A stretch of DNA of 64,000 bases, from positions 2,112,001 to 2,176,000 of the forward strand of contig CAXXVL010000002.1 of assembly GCA_963667845.2 (NCBI GenBank). Direction: 5' to 3'. Position 1 is the first letter of the stretch; each line of letters starts with the position of its first letter. Below the pieces are notes generated by a model. The model did not search any database. It saw only the letters and a list, made by a program, of their open reading frames with translations, and was not told the DNA's origin. Shown here piece by piece: positions 11,019 through 20,767 of the stretch. The DNA is from Smithellaceae bacterium. Lineage in GTDB: Bacteria > Desulfobacterota > Syntrophia > Syntrophales > Smithellaceae. Position numbers and translations under genes: made by a program.

Positions 11019-11081
11019 TCAATCCCGCTCACGGGCGGGACGAGCGTCAATTCCCCGTCGTTTGCTGCGAGGTCGTTGATT
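11019..11081 (+). repeat. Palindromic intergenic element, short form, copy A
   Basis: TCAATCCCGCTCACGGGCGGGACGAGCGTCAATTCCCCGTCGTTTGCTGCGAGGTCGTTGATT; homologous to copies at 11503, 12562, 39424, 47096. Confidence 0.85.
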
Positions 11082-11109
11082 CATTTCATGAGGTATTTTT
11101 ATGCGGACG

Positions 11110-11484
11110 TCATTGTGTGACTGTCAACAGAGCGGATGTCTTATTCCCCCACATGTTACAGGTGGCTTTAACCTGGAAAGTATCTTCCTCGATAGCGGGA
11201 ATTTTATATTGATAGGTGAAGGTTTTTCCTGTCGGTTGTTCGTTATACGTGTTGATGCTCACAACGGCGCCGTTCTTCCTGATCTCTATATACTTGATAT
11301 GATGCGAACCCTTCAACATCGTGTCGTGTGTAACCGTTACACTCAGGGTTTGTGTCGCTAAAGTATATTTAAGCACAATGCTTTCCGGGGGCGTGGCATA
11401 GCCCGCCCGCGGGTACAGGCAGGCGATCAGCATCATGATGCATAGGTATGAGAATAAGCAGGATGCTTTGAAATATTTATTCAT
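11110..11484 (-). CDS. Secreted small beta-sandwich protein, possibly desulfoferrodoxin/SoxZ-like fold
   Basis: RBS GAGGGGAG, signal peptide, VTVTH...HHIKYIEI...ATCNMWG pattern. Confidence 0.55.
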   Translation of the reverse strand: MNKYFKASCLFSYLCIMMLIACLYPRAGYATPPESIVLKYTLATQTLSVTVTHDTMLKGSHHIKYIEIRKNGAVVSINTYNEQPTGKTFTYQYKIPAIEEDTFQVKATCNMWGNKTSALLTVTQ

Positions 11485-11502
11485 TTCTTCCCCTCTCATT
11501 AT

Positions 11503-11563
11503 TTAATCCCGCTTAAGCGGAACGAGCGTTAATTCTCCGTAGCTTGCTGCGAAGTGGTGGATT
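11503..11563 (+). repeat. Palindromic intergenic element, short form, copy B
   Basis: TTAATCCCGCTTAAGCGGAACGAGCGTTAATTCTCCGTAGCTTGCTGCGAAGTGGTGGATT. Confidence 0.85.
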
Positions 11564-11583
11564 TTCCGGCCAGTCATCATCGG

Positions 11584-12144
11584 TCAGCCGGGGAATTTTG
11601 CATCCAAAAGCGTACCGCCGATCAGCCCCAGCAAAGCGCCGCACAGCGAGGCGATCAACGCAAGCAAAGTGAAAAAGACATGCGTTCCCGCCATCAGGAG
11701 CGGCCCGTGGAGGGCGAGGAGGGCCATCACAACGGCGACGACGAAAAAGATCAGTCCGAGGATGATTTTTTTTGTGAGGAGCTGCGTATTGACTCTTCTA
11801 AATCTTAAATTGCCGTCCATAAGACCGGTGGCAATGGCCCCGATCAGGAAGAACGGCAGCAGGACAGCCAGCACTTTCATCGTGGACGCAATCGGGATCT
11901 GAAGGTCGGCCGGGGCGACAAACGCGACGAGAGAAAGAAGGAAAAGCGTAAGCGCGAAGGCCTGCGGAAAATGAACCGCAACGGGATGAGTATGCAGATC
12001 GAGAATTCTTCTTCTTTTGATGGACACGGGATGTTTATAGGGTTCAAACATCTTGGCGGGGACGCCGCAAGCCGGACAGACATCTTTGATTTTTCCCTGA
12101 TCGGTAACAAAGCCGCACGCTTTACATTTCATCAGGTTCTCCAT
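11584..12144 (-). CDS. Rubredoxin-like domain fused to a 4-TM (DUF2231-like) membrane domain
   Basis: CKACG...CPACG, HPVAVHFP, four hydrophobic segments. Confidence 0.75.
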   Translation of the reverse strand: MENLMKCKACGFVTDQGKIKDVCPACGVPAKMFEPYKHPVSIKRRRILDLHTHPVAVHFPQAFALTLFLLSLVAFVAPADLQIPIASTMKVLAVLLPFFLIGAIATGLMDGNLRFRRVNTQLLTKKIILGLIFFVVAVVMALLALHGPLLMAGTHVFFTLLALIASLCGALLGLIGGTLLDAKFPG

Positions 12145-12561
12145 AGATTCCCCCTCTCCATGAAATTTAGATCATGAAAAAAATGATACATGTGCCTTAA
12201 TTCAATGTAATCGCCGATCAATGACGTGCAAAGTCCATCAACGATCAATCAGCAAAAACTTTACCCAAAATATAAAATCAGATAACTCCATTCGATGTCA
12301 AGGGAATTCATGTCTGCCTTATTTATTCGTCATACCCCGGGGAGCAAGAGAGCCTTTGATAGCGGGTCTTCGGGCCCCTTGCGATGTCAGTTATTTTGTG
12401 TGGGCGTTGTTCTGGTAAATCATTTACTTTGTGATCATCAGTAGCAATGGCTTTCGCTGTGGGATTATTTGCCGTCTGCCGGCCGGAGATATGGATCGCG
12501 TCTTCTCGGGACAAATATAAAGATTGAAAAAAGACAGGCAATTTTATATTCTTCCGGCACT

Positions 12562-12622
12562 TTAATCCCGCTCACGCGGGACGAGCGTTAATTCCCTGTC
12601 GCTTGCTGCGAGATGGTTGATT
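12562..12622 (+). repeat. Palindromic intergenic element, short form, copy C
   Basis: TTAATCCCGCTCACGCGGGACGAGCGTTAATTCCCTGTCGCTTGCTGCGAGATGGTTGATT. Confidence 0.85.
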
Positions 12623-12635
12623 TCAGGAGGTGGTT

Positions 12636-12795
12636 CTGGACGTTACTCCTTGCCCCTATTCAATTCGACTTCATCGTCGGATGCCATTTTCTCTTTCCGG
12701 CCGTGACGCTCGCTGCCTCGCTGGCGGTGCTGATTTCCGGGGCATTGCCTGTCGTGAAAAAAATGAGTGCGTCGAAAGATCCCCGGTCTTTTTCG
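12636..12795 (+). pseudogene. cydA: Degraded 5' fragment of cytochrome bd oxidase subunit I
   Basis: After RBS AGGAGG: TLLLAPIQFDFIVGCHFLFPAVTLAASLAVLISGAL resembles the CydA N-terminus (LARxQFAFTxxFHFLFP); start codon lost and similarity ends after about 50 codons. Confidence 0.6.
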
Positions 12796-12873
12796 CGAGA
12801 CCGCTTAGTTGATCTTTGCCGTCGGCGCGTTATCCTGCGAATGCGACGTGGAATGTGCTTCGGGTGAAAGATT

Positions 12874-13347
12874 GTGATTGTTGATCATTTGAATCGTTGG
12901 AAGAATTATTTCAGCCGTCCGGTTTGGGAAACTGTCTTCGGCGAGCTCCTGCTGCTCGATGAAAATACGCCGGAGATGGAGAAAAAAATCCGCGGGGATG
13001 ATATCATTCTGAAGGTCCTGAGCTGTAAAACCGTCGATCCGCAGAATGAGCGGGTGGAGCCGGAGTCACACCGGCGCTACCTGGATATCCATACATCGAT
13101 TATCCATGAGGAAAGAATTGACTGGTTCCCGGCGGCATCTCTCACGGTCGTTAGACCGTATGATGAAATCGAAGATGCGGTTTGCTATGAAAATCCGCAA
13201 TCGGCTCGCACCGGTATCGTGATGCACCCGGGTCTTTTTGCCCTGTTCGGTCCTTCTGATGCGCACATGCCCGGCCTTTGTGCGTCAGGCTACCCCGAGA
13301 ATATAAAAAAAGCCGTCATGAAGATCCGCATCGATGCACCGCTTTGA
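12874..13347 (+). CDS. YhcH/YjgK/YiaL (DUF386) family protein
   Basis: ESHRRYLDIH, GLFALFGPSDAHMP, IKKAVMKI motifs. Confidence 0.85.
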   Translation: MIVDHLNRWKNYFSRPVWETVFGELLLLDENTPEMEKKIRGDDIILKVLSCKTVDPQNERVEPESHRRYLDIHTSIIHEERIDWFPAASLTVVRPYDEIEDAVCYENPQSARTGIVMHPGLFALFGPSDAHMPGLCASGYPENIKKAVMKIRIDAPL

Positions 13348-13641
13348 GCGGCGGATTTTCCCGCTTTGTGTTCTGAGAATCAGTGAAATACCGAATCTGC
13401 ATACTATAAAGTAACGTCTGTTTATTTGAAAGCGCAGGGCAAAAATATTCCGCAACATGATTCATGCGGATTATTCCGGGATCGCAATGAATCTCCGGTA
13501 AGCAGCGCTGCCGAAAACGCCCGGTGTTCATCACAAATTCACAGGGGCATTCATTTGCGTCTTTCTAAAGAATGCAATCGTTAAAAACTCCGCCATGGCT
13601 AAAGAGTTCCGGTTTTTGCTTGTAACGTTGCAGGGCAGGTG

Positions 13642-15912
13642 TTAGTTGGGATCGCCCAGACCGGCAACATAATCGTGGATGATCTGGTTGGTGCAGACTT
13701 CATAGTATTTCCTGGACGTCGCACGGGTTATCCCGAGTGTGTCGGGATCGACTTCGTAGACGAGAGATTCGCGAATGGCCAGCAGCTGGAACGTCCCGCT
13801 GATCGTCGGCACCTTGCCGGTATACAGTTGAATGTCCTCACCGTATTGGGCTTTGAAGGTTATCCTCGTTAAATTGATTTCGCGGGAGAGTTTGGCAAAA
13901 GCTTCTTCGCTTAATTCAATGCCGTTGATGTTATAACGCAGGGAGTGGTCATCCGTTTCGTCATCATCTTCGCGGCTATTTTTAAATACGTAAAGATTAT
14001 ACAACGGGTTGCGATCCGTGAGACGGCTGCGCAGATTCCTGCTGCAACTCGATAACCGGTCGGCCATATTGATTGCCGGCGAGATCATGATCGGGGAGTT
14101 GCCGTCAAACAGGTAAGATGGCGGTTCCGGGCTGTAACAGATGCCGATTCCCAGCTCCAGGATGGGCAGATTATTTTCCTGGTTTTTTATATTGTAGCGT
14201 TGAACGATCTGGAGGATTCGCATGGCCAACCCGCAGGCGCGGGCCACGCAGTACCACCCCTGCGGGATGTCCTCTTTTTCAGAAATGGACAAAATAATGG
14301 CATCCCCTTCAATAAATACTTTGACAGCCTCATAATTCCAGAGAATTTCCGAAATCGGGTCGAAGAAATTAAGGCTGAAATGTGATGCCGGATTGAGCCC
14401 CCTGGCTCTCATACTGTTGTTGATATTGATTGAACCGCGAATGTCGGCCTTGATAATGACATGGTCCATGACCGGATTTTCGTCTTGCACGCGCTCGGCC
14501 GGAAGCAGAAATTCGTAGAGCGACCGGTTCCCGCGGGAGAGTTGCAGGATCTTGTCCTCGGTTACCAGGTTGATGGCTGCCATGCTTTCATTGAGGATAC
14601 GCGCATTATAACGATCCCGGTGATAGCGGGAAAACGCTTTGAGAAAATTGAATACATGCCGCTTTTTTTCGGAAGCGGAAGTGTATCTCACCCTCTGAGC
14701 GGCTTGTTTAAGAGGGCCCATCGTAAGGGTGTCTCCATAAACGGACCGCCGATGCTCCAATTGCCGGGTAATGGATCTTCTCGACCAGATATTGGCCAGA
14801 AACTCCCTGATGAGTCTCGGTTCCATCGGCGGGCAATAGACGCCGGTTATCGCTTTAACTTCAAGAGCCGCAATGATCAGTTTGAGCAGGCCGGCTTTCT
14901 TAAACGCCCGGTAAAAGAAATCCAACAGGCTCTGCTGGCGTTTGATCACCTGCCGGAGCTCGCTAAGCCTGTCGGCCGATCCTTTTGAACTTTTTTCTCT
15001 TTCGAATTGCTCTCGCGAGTCAAAAACGTTGAACATCAGATCAATGCTGTCGGTCTCCATGATCCATTGATCGTAAATACTCCTCCGGTCGCCGCCGTCC
15101 GTCTGCGGCGGGGTCACGCCATGCCGGTTTAGACCGGCTGCGGCCATTAAGTCGTAAATAATTGCCAGAACAGTGTCATAGTTGTCCGGATCGCCGGCGT
15201 GTTTGCCCAGAAGGACGTATTCGTCGATGAGAAAAAAATCATCGGAGGGATTCGCAGTGTGCAGGACAGGATTGTTGAAAAAAACATCCGGCAGAATTTG
15301 CTCGGATCGAAAATGCGTTTCCCGCATCTCACGCAAGTTTTTCGTTTGAATGTCCATGAGCAGTGAAAATAACTCTTCTCCGGCCTGCCGGATGATGCGA
15401 TTTTGATTCAGTTTGACTTCAGTCAGCTTCTTCCGGGCTCTGAATTCTTCATGGTCCGCCTGTTTGGGCGAAAGCTGATACGAATTGATCTGCCGTTCAA
15501 AGAACGCCACGAGATCTCTGAATTGGCTTTTAACCTCTTCCAAAAACATTTTGGAGAGGGCGACCTGACCGAGGTAATCTATCCGATGTTCGCCTTTGAT
15601 TTTGGCTCTGTTGATGGCGTCCTGCAGAACATCCGCGCACAGGTGTTTCAGATGATCCTTTTCACTTTCACAGACGTCTCTTTTGTAGTCCGGGAAATAG
15701 AAATCCGCATGGCTGTGCTTGATGATGATCCCCCACGCGGTCTTTTCCAGAGTATTGGAAAGCTGCGGGCTGATGCGGACGTCGATATGGATGTTGTCCA
15801 CGCCGAAAACCAGTCCGTCCAGGGTAATGTCGACGAGATAAGGCTTCAGGGGCAGATCCTTGAGATCTTGCGGCTTACTCAATGACTGGAAAATGTTCAG
15901 CATACGATACAT
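13642..15912 (-). CDS. Large protein with C-terminal class III nucleotide cyclase-like domain
   Basis: IIKADIRGS, KVFIEGDAIIL, LELGIGI, SPAINMADRLS, GIELSEEA motifs; long helical N-terminus with no TM segment. Confidence 0.65.
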   Translation of the reverse strand: MYRMLNIFQSLSKPQDLKDLPLKPYLVDITLDGLVFGVDNIHIDVRISPQLSNTLEKTAWGIIIKHSHADFYFPDYKRDVCESEKDHLKHLCADVLQDAINRAKIKGEHRIDYLGQVALSKMFLEEVKSQFRDLVAFFERQINSYQLSPKQADHEEFRARKKLTEVKLNQNRIIRQAGEELFSLLMDIQTKNLREMRETHFRSEQILPDVFFNNPVLHTANPSDDFFLIDEYVLLGKHAGDPDNYDTVLAIIYDLMAAAGLNRHGVTPPQTDGGDRRSIYDQWIMETDSIDLMFNVFDSREQFEREKSSKGSADRLSELRQVIKRQQSLLDFFYRAFKKAGLLKLIIAALEVKAITGVYCPPMEPRLIREFLANIWSRRSITRQLEHRRSVYGDTLTMGPLKQAAQRVRYTSASEKKRHVFNFLKAFSRYHRDRYNARILNESMAAINLVTEDKILQLSRGNRSLYEFLLPAERVQDENPVMDHVIIKADIRGSININNSMRARGLNPASHFSLNFFDPISEILWNYEAVKVFIEGDAIILSISEKEDIPQGWYCVARACGLAMRILQIVQRYNIKNQENNLPILELGIGICYSPEPPSYLFDGNSPIMISPAINMADRLSSCSRNLRSRLTDRNPLYNLYVFKNSREDDDETDDHSLRYNINGIELSEEAFAKLSREINLTRITFKAQYGEDIQLYTGKVPTISGTFQLLAIRESLVYEVDPDTLGITRATSRKYYEVCTNQIIHDYVAGLGDPN

Positions 15913-16088
15913 ACATCCGGGCCGTTAATTATTTCTGCGATGGTTCTCAGTGTCACGCGATTCATCCTGCTTTCCCCTGATCGAGGGGTAAGGCGGTCTC
16001 TTTTAAGGTTTTTCACGCGGCGCCCGAAGCAAGAGACGCTCGGAAAATACAATCAGACCCGCGAAAACTTACGGACAAGACAGATACA

Positions 16089-17153
16089 CTACTTGCTTCC
16101 GAGTTGCTCCTTGAGCTTGGCGCGATTCTTAATGGCGTCGTTGACGCGGCCGAGCGCCAAAGTAATATCATCATCCGGTTTTCCCAGGAGTCGATCCGAC
16201 TGCTTATAGAGGGACAGCGCATTTTCCAGATCCCCCCGGCTTTCCGCGCAGACCCCCAGATTATACAGCAGGGCATGAGAGCCCGCGGCCAGGTTGCGGG
16301 CGTCCCCCCAGAGCTCGCAGGCGTTGTCCATGCGGCCTTTGTCGGCGTACTCCATGCCGCGCTTGAGTTTGTCGATCGCCTCTTTGGAAGCGATGCCGTC
16401 CGTGGAATCCATCAGTTTGATTTCCCGGGTGATGTAGTAAGGCGCTACGTCGCGGCGGAAGTCTTTTTTGACCCGTTCTTTCGCCTGTTCCAGAAGAACG
16501 ATTTCACTCTGAACCGGCCGCGTATCATCACAACCGGAGGAATCCGCCATTGCAGTCAGGCTGCGGGCATAGATAACCCGGCCGGTTGCGACATCCACCA
16601 GCCGCGGCGCCGCGGCAAAATTAGCAATCCGTTTCACGCAGTGAACATTGTAATAACGCCATTGAATGCAGGCGCCCTCGTAGACGCGTCCCTTGTCGTC
16701 CCTTTTCTGTTCATAGCGCGTACAGGTTTGCCTTCTTTCCGAATAATGACTGTCGTCATAGTTGTTGCGGGTGACGATGCCGGTGTATATTCCCTGGGCG
16801 CCGACGAGTTTGCCGAGCTTTACAGCGGTCTTCTCATCCACCAGTCCGCTTTGTGAAAACTTCATTTCGCTGACCACCTTGTCGATGGAGGCCCGATCGA
16901 CCAGCGTAAAGTACTGTTTGTCGTCGATTCCCACTCCCGCGATGACGCTCTCCAACTCTGCGGCAAACTCTCTTCCGCCGGGGCCCGAAAAGGGCAGGAC
17001 GGCAACGGCTTTGGTCAGCGAAGCCTCATGGTATTGCGCCGGCTGAAGCATGTTGATGCGAATTTTCGTCGCGCAGCCGGATAACAGGGTAAAACCGATG
17101 CAAAAAGTAATGAGCATAAGAACGTTGTGATGTCTGAAAAGTCGGTGCACCAT
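16089..17153 (-). CDS. Lipoprotein with CsgG/HfaB-like domain and C-terminal TPRs
   Basis: Lipobox LLSGC; FTLVDRASIDKVVSEMKFSQSGLVD...KLGKLVGAQ; TPR ALLYNLGVCAESRGDLENALSLY. Confidence 0.75.
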   Translation of the reverse strand: MVHRLFRHHNVLMLITFCIGFTLLSGCATKIRINMLQPAQYHEASLTKAVAVLPFSGPGGREFAAELESVIAGVGIDDKQYFTLVDRASIDKVVSEMKFSQSGLVDEKTAVKLGKLVGAQGIYTGIVTRNNYDDSHYSERRQTCTRYEQKRDDKGRVYEGACIQWRYYNVHCVKRIANFAAAPRLVDVATGRVIYARSLTAMADSSGCDDTRPVQSEIVLLEQAKERVKKDFRRDVAPYYITREIKLMDSTDGIASKEAIDKLKRGMEYADKGRMDNACELWGDARNLAAGSHALLYNLGVCAESRGDLENALSLYKQSDRLLGKPDDDITLALGRVNDAIKNRAKLKEQLGSK

Positions 17154-17171
17154 AAGGCATGTCCTCTCTGT

Positions 17172-17894
17172 CTATTCGTCAAGATCAATGGATGATTTGG
17201 TTTTCGCTCTGCGCCGGGTTTCTTTTGCCGAATATTTCTTCAGGCAGTCTTCGTCTTTCAGGACCAGCGAGCATTCCAGGTAATCGGTGATCTCTACGAT
17301 GCAGCCGCGAATGACTTTGCCGGTGGGCGTCTTGGCCTGTTTGCCCAGAGAGCCGGACAATCCCGGAACCATCCCCGACGGACCGCTTACCCGCATGCCG
17401 CCGGACGTGGACGTTGCTTCAACCGTCCGGGTATCGACGATCTCTCCGGTTTCCGCATCCACGACCTTCAGGTCCACGGCAATATAGGCGGTCTTCTTGC
17501 CGCCGCCGAAGGAGAATCCGCGGTAATTGACTCCGCCGCCGTCGCTACCGCTTTCTTCAAAGGCCGAAACCGTGGCGGCGACCAGATATTGTGCGACTTT
17601 GATTCGTCCCGTCTTCAGCTTTGTCGATGAATCCACCATGCCGGATTCGCTCAATTGCTGTTCGCTGACAACTGACTTCAACTCCCGACGTTCCAGAACG
17701 CGAAATGATTTGGTTGATGCGAGTTCGTTGATGAGCAGGTCCTGCAGTTCTGTCGCCGTCGACCCCGACCACCAGGGAGCATGGGCGGTATTCGTGAAGC
17801 GGAGCACGCCGATGCGCGGTTTTTCCTGAGCGAGCGCAGCCGTCGCGCCCGCCAAAATCAATAAACTGATCATTACGAAAAATATTTTTTTCAT
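17172..17894 (-). CDS. CsgG/HfaB family periplasmic protein
   Basis: Signal peptide; KPRIGVLRF, FRVLERRELKSVVSEQQL, AVDLKVVDAETGEI. Confidence 0.8.
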   Translation of the reverse strand: MKKIFFVMISLLILAGATAALAQEKPRIGVLRFTNTAHAPWWSGSTATELQDLLINELASTKSFRVLERRELKSVVSEQQLSESGMVDSSTKLKTGRIKVAQYLVAATVSAFEESGSDGGGVNYRGFSFGGGKKTAYIAVDLKVVDAETGEIVDTRTVEATSTSGGMRVSGPSGMVPGLSGSLGKQAKTPTGKVIRGCIVEITDYLECSLVLKDEDCLKKYSAKETRRRAKTKSSIDLDE

Positions 17895-17924
17895 GACGCA
17901 GGTCCTCCCGGATTCAGTCAAGCA

Positions 17925-19064
17925 TTAGTCGGTTTGCTTCGAATAGTCCAACGTCAGCGAGTAAGGGGAAAAGTTAACGAGCCTGAAGTCACCCTTTTGC
18001 TTGATGCTGTTGGCCAGGTAAAGCGTGTTTTCAGGATAGCTCACCATGAAAGATCCCATGGCCTTTTCTTCCACGGCCGACACCCAGACGATACTTTGCA
18101 GAAGGGATTTTACTTCCAGCACGGTTTCCAGATCGCGCACGCCGTTAATCTGGACGGCCACCTTTTTCGTATTTCCTTGAATATACTCTCCGATTTTGGC
18201 AAGCAGAGCCGGCGCCAGATTTTCCGCCAGTTCCTTCATGGCTTTTGCTGCAGCGTCCTGGGTCGAATTGGCAAGCGCCTTGGCTTCTTCCGTGCCGACG
18301 GCCAATATGTCCATCTGGCCCGTTTTGTTGTTTTTGGAAATGATCCGATAGTTGAGGCGTACCGTGACATTGTTGAAAGGCATGGACAGGCCATAGCCGA
18401 TATTTTCGCCTTTTTTAGTGGAAATCGTGTAGTCCACTTTCCCGATAATGATCAGGTTGGACAAGAATTTATACATCATGCTGCGCAGGGCGAGTGTTTG
18501 GCCGGAACGCACGGCGCGCTCGACGTCCAGCGCACCGATGGTCTGTGTGGGAGCGACATCGACCACGGTGTAGCCCTGTTCGATCATTTTGGCGACCAGG
18601 GTTTCGGAAAGAATGTTCTTTTCTTCGAACTCATCGCCATGGAGGCCGGGTTTGCGGGCAGGGATAAATAAGGCAATGGAACTGTTCAGACCCAGTTGGG
18701 ATACTGCGTCCCGGGCGCGAGAAGGTTCCACGCAGGCATTGATCTTAACCGTCAGGATATCGTCTTTGATGTTTTCGCTTAAGACATTGTAGCTTTTTAC
18801 CACGCCGCCCGCTTTTGTTTTGATCACATCTTCCACGAGGGTGAAGTTCTGAACAAAACTCTGCGCCTTGATTTCAGCCCCGACAACTTGTTCGATGGCC
18901 GTCCACTTGGCCCGGGCGACGGCTTCCATTTTGGCTGACGGCGTGTCATTCCGAATGACCAATGCTTCGCCGCCGGCATTGATGCACTTTACCTGGGCTC
19001 GCGCGCTGGTTGCTGCAAGGCAAAGGAAGAGAAGAAGAGCGAATAAACAAGCGTGCAATTTCAT
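17925..19064 (-). CDS. Exported protein with FlgT N-terminal/LPP20-like domain
   Basis: Signal peptide; AKMEAVARAKWTAIEQVVGAEIKAQSFVQNF..VEDVIKTKAGGVVKSY. Confidence 0.7.
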   Translation of the reverse strand: MKLHACLFALLLFLCLAATSARAQVKCINAGGEALVIRNDTPSAKMEAVARAKWTAIEQVVGAEIKAQSFVQNFTLVEDVIKTKAGGVVKSYNVLSENIKDDILTVKINACVEPSRARDAVSQLGLNSSIALFIPARKPGLHGDEFEEKNILSETLVAKMIEQGYTVVDVAPTQTIGALDVERAVRSGQTLALRSMMYKFLSNLIIIGKVDYTISTKKGENIGYGLSMPFNNVTVRLNYRIISKNNKTGQMDILAVGTEEAKALANSTQDAAAKAMKELAENLAPALLAKIGEYIQGNTKKVAVQINGVRDLETVLEVKSLLQSIVWVSAVEEKAMGSFMVSYPENTLYLANSIKQKGDFRLVNFSPYSLTLDYSKQTD

Positions 19065-19266
19065 TGTTCCACCTCGCATGGCGTCATCAGGTTTCTTTGA
19101 AAAAAACAAAGCCGTACATCTATGAAACTCTCGGTACCCTAGCATAAAGCAAATCGATTTTCAAATTGCCAATACGAAAGGACGCCTCGATGCCGGTATG
19201 TAAGTTTTAGCCCCGGCATTTCGGGGTTGATCTTGGGATTTTGGCTCTAAAACGGGAGAATCTGTA

Positions 19267-20661
19267 TCACTTACCGATGCAGAAACTGGAGAAGATTTTA
19301 TCGAGAATATCGTTCTGAATCTTCCTGCCGGTGATTTCATCAAGAGCGTCCAGGGCGCAGCGGACTTCAAAAGCTGCGATTTCCGGGGAATGGCCTGCAG
19401 CAAGCAAATCCACGGCTGCGGTCAGATTGGCCAGTGCTTTTTCCAGCGACTGTTTGTGGCGCAGCTGTGTGATCATGTATCCGTTGTCCGATGCCGCGGA
19501 GCTCGGCGTGAAAGCAGCACATGTAGCCGTTTTCAGGGCATCCAGCCCCGAGCCGAATTTGGCTGAAATGTCGAGGTAATTGACGTGCGCCGGGAAGCGG
19601 TCTGTAAGCTGGTCGGGCCCCCAGGCGCGGGGAAGATCGGATTTATTGACGGCGATAATGACCTTATCGGCGCGCTCTTTCAGTTGCGCAAGCAGACGAT
19701 CGTCTTCTTCCGTGAGCGGTTTGCTGCCGTCGAGCAGAAGCACGATGACGTCCGCTTTTTCCAGGAATTCCCAGACGAGGTCAATCCCTTCCTTTTCGAT
19801 GGCATCCTGCGGCTCGCGGATGCCGGCGGTATCCGTGAGGTGAACGCACAGGCCGTCCAGAGTAATCGTGTCCGTGATCAGGTCGCGGGTGGTGCCGGGG
19901 ATATCCGTGACAATTGCTTTTTTTCTGCCGGCCAGATTGTTGAGCAGGCTGGACTTGCCCACGTTGGGCTTGCCGGTGATAATAACGTTGATGCCTTCTG
20001 TGATTAAACGGGCCTGCCGGTAAGTGGATAGAAGGAATTCGATTCCGGTTGCGGCTTCATGGATCTGCGGCGGGACGGGGGCCGTTTCGTGTTCGGAAAT
20101 GTCTTCGGAAAAATCAATGGCCGCCTCCACCACGGCCAGCGCGTCGACAAGCCCTTCGCGCAATTCGCTGATCTTAAAGCCCAGCGATCCCTTTAATTGA
20201 GCCAGCCCCACCTGGTATGCTTTGGCCGATTGAGCCGAGATCACGGCCGCCAGGGCCTCCGCCTGCGTCAAATCGATGCGGCCATTGAGAAAAGCGCGCA
20301 GCGAAAATTCTCCGGGCCGGGCCAGGCGGCAGCCCAGAGCGGTCAATTGTTCAAGAATGGTCCGAAGGATCAAAGGATTGCCGTGACAGGAAATTTCCAG
20401 AACGTCCTCGCCGGTGAAGGAGTGCGGCCCGCGCATGAGCGTTATCAGGACTTCATCGAGAAGGGTTGTCCCGTCGGCCGTCACGATATCTCCGTGATAG
20501 GCATGATGGCTCTGCCAGCCGCAGGTATGACTTGAGGGACGAAAAAGGAGCCTTCCTAATTCAGGGGCCGCAGGTCCGCTGACTCGAATGACGCCCAACC
20601 CCGCCGTGCCGAGCGGCGTGGCGATGGCTGCGATAGTATCTGTCTCCGTCATATGTTTCAC
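19267..20661 (-). CDS. mnmE: tRNA modification GTPase MnmE
   Basis: DTIAAIATP, GKPNVGKSSL, IPGTTRD, DTAGIR, NKSD, C-terminal FSSFCIGK. Confidence 0.97.
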   Translation of the reverse strand: MKHMTETDTIAAIATPLGTAGLGVIRVSGPAAPELGRLLFRPSSHTCGWQSHHAYHGDIVTADGTTLLDEVLITLMRGPHSFTGEDVLEISCHGNPLILRTILEQLTALGCRLARPGEFSLRAFLNGRIDLTQAEALAAVISAQSAKAYQVGLAQLKGSLGFKISELREGLVDALAVVEAAIDFSEDISEHETAPVPPQIHEAATGIEFLLSTYRQARLITEGINVIITGKPNVGKSSLLNNLAGRKKAIVTDIPGTTRDLITDTITLDGLCVHLTDTAGIREPQDAIEKEGIDLVWEFLEKADVIVLLLDGSKPLTEEDDRLLAQLKERADKVIIAVNKSDLPRAWGPDQLTDRFPAHVNYLDISAKFGSGLDALKTATCAAFTPSSAASDNGYMITQLRHKQSLEKALANLTAAVDLLAAGHSPEIAAFEVRCALDALDEITGRKIQNDILDKIFSSFCIGK

Positions 20662-20767
20662 ATTAGGCGATAGACGATGGGCAATAGGCTTTTCGACTGT
20701 TAGGCTGTAGGCAAATAGCCATCGATTTTCTACGAGCTACGAGCTATGAGCTACCATCCACAAAAAG

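Noticed and set aside
13642..15912. Pycsar/CBASS-type defence system
   Set aside because: No adjacent TIR, TM or cNMP-binding effector gene; the cyclase-like ORF stands alone
16089..19064. Curli or flagellar operon
   Set aside because: Only CsgG-/FlgT-like domains are present; no csgA/B/E/F or flagellar structural genes
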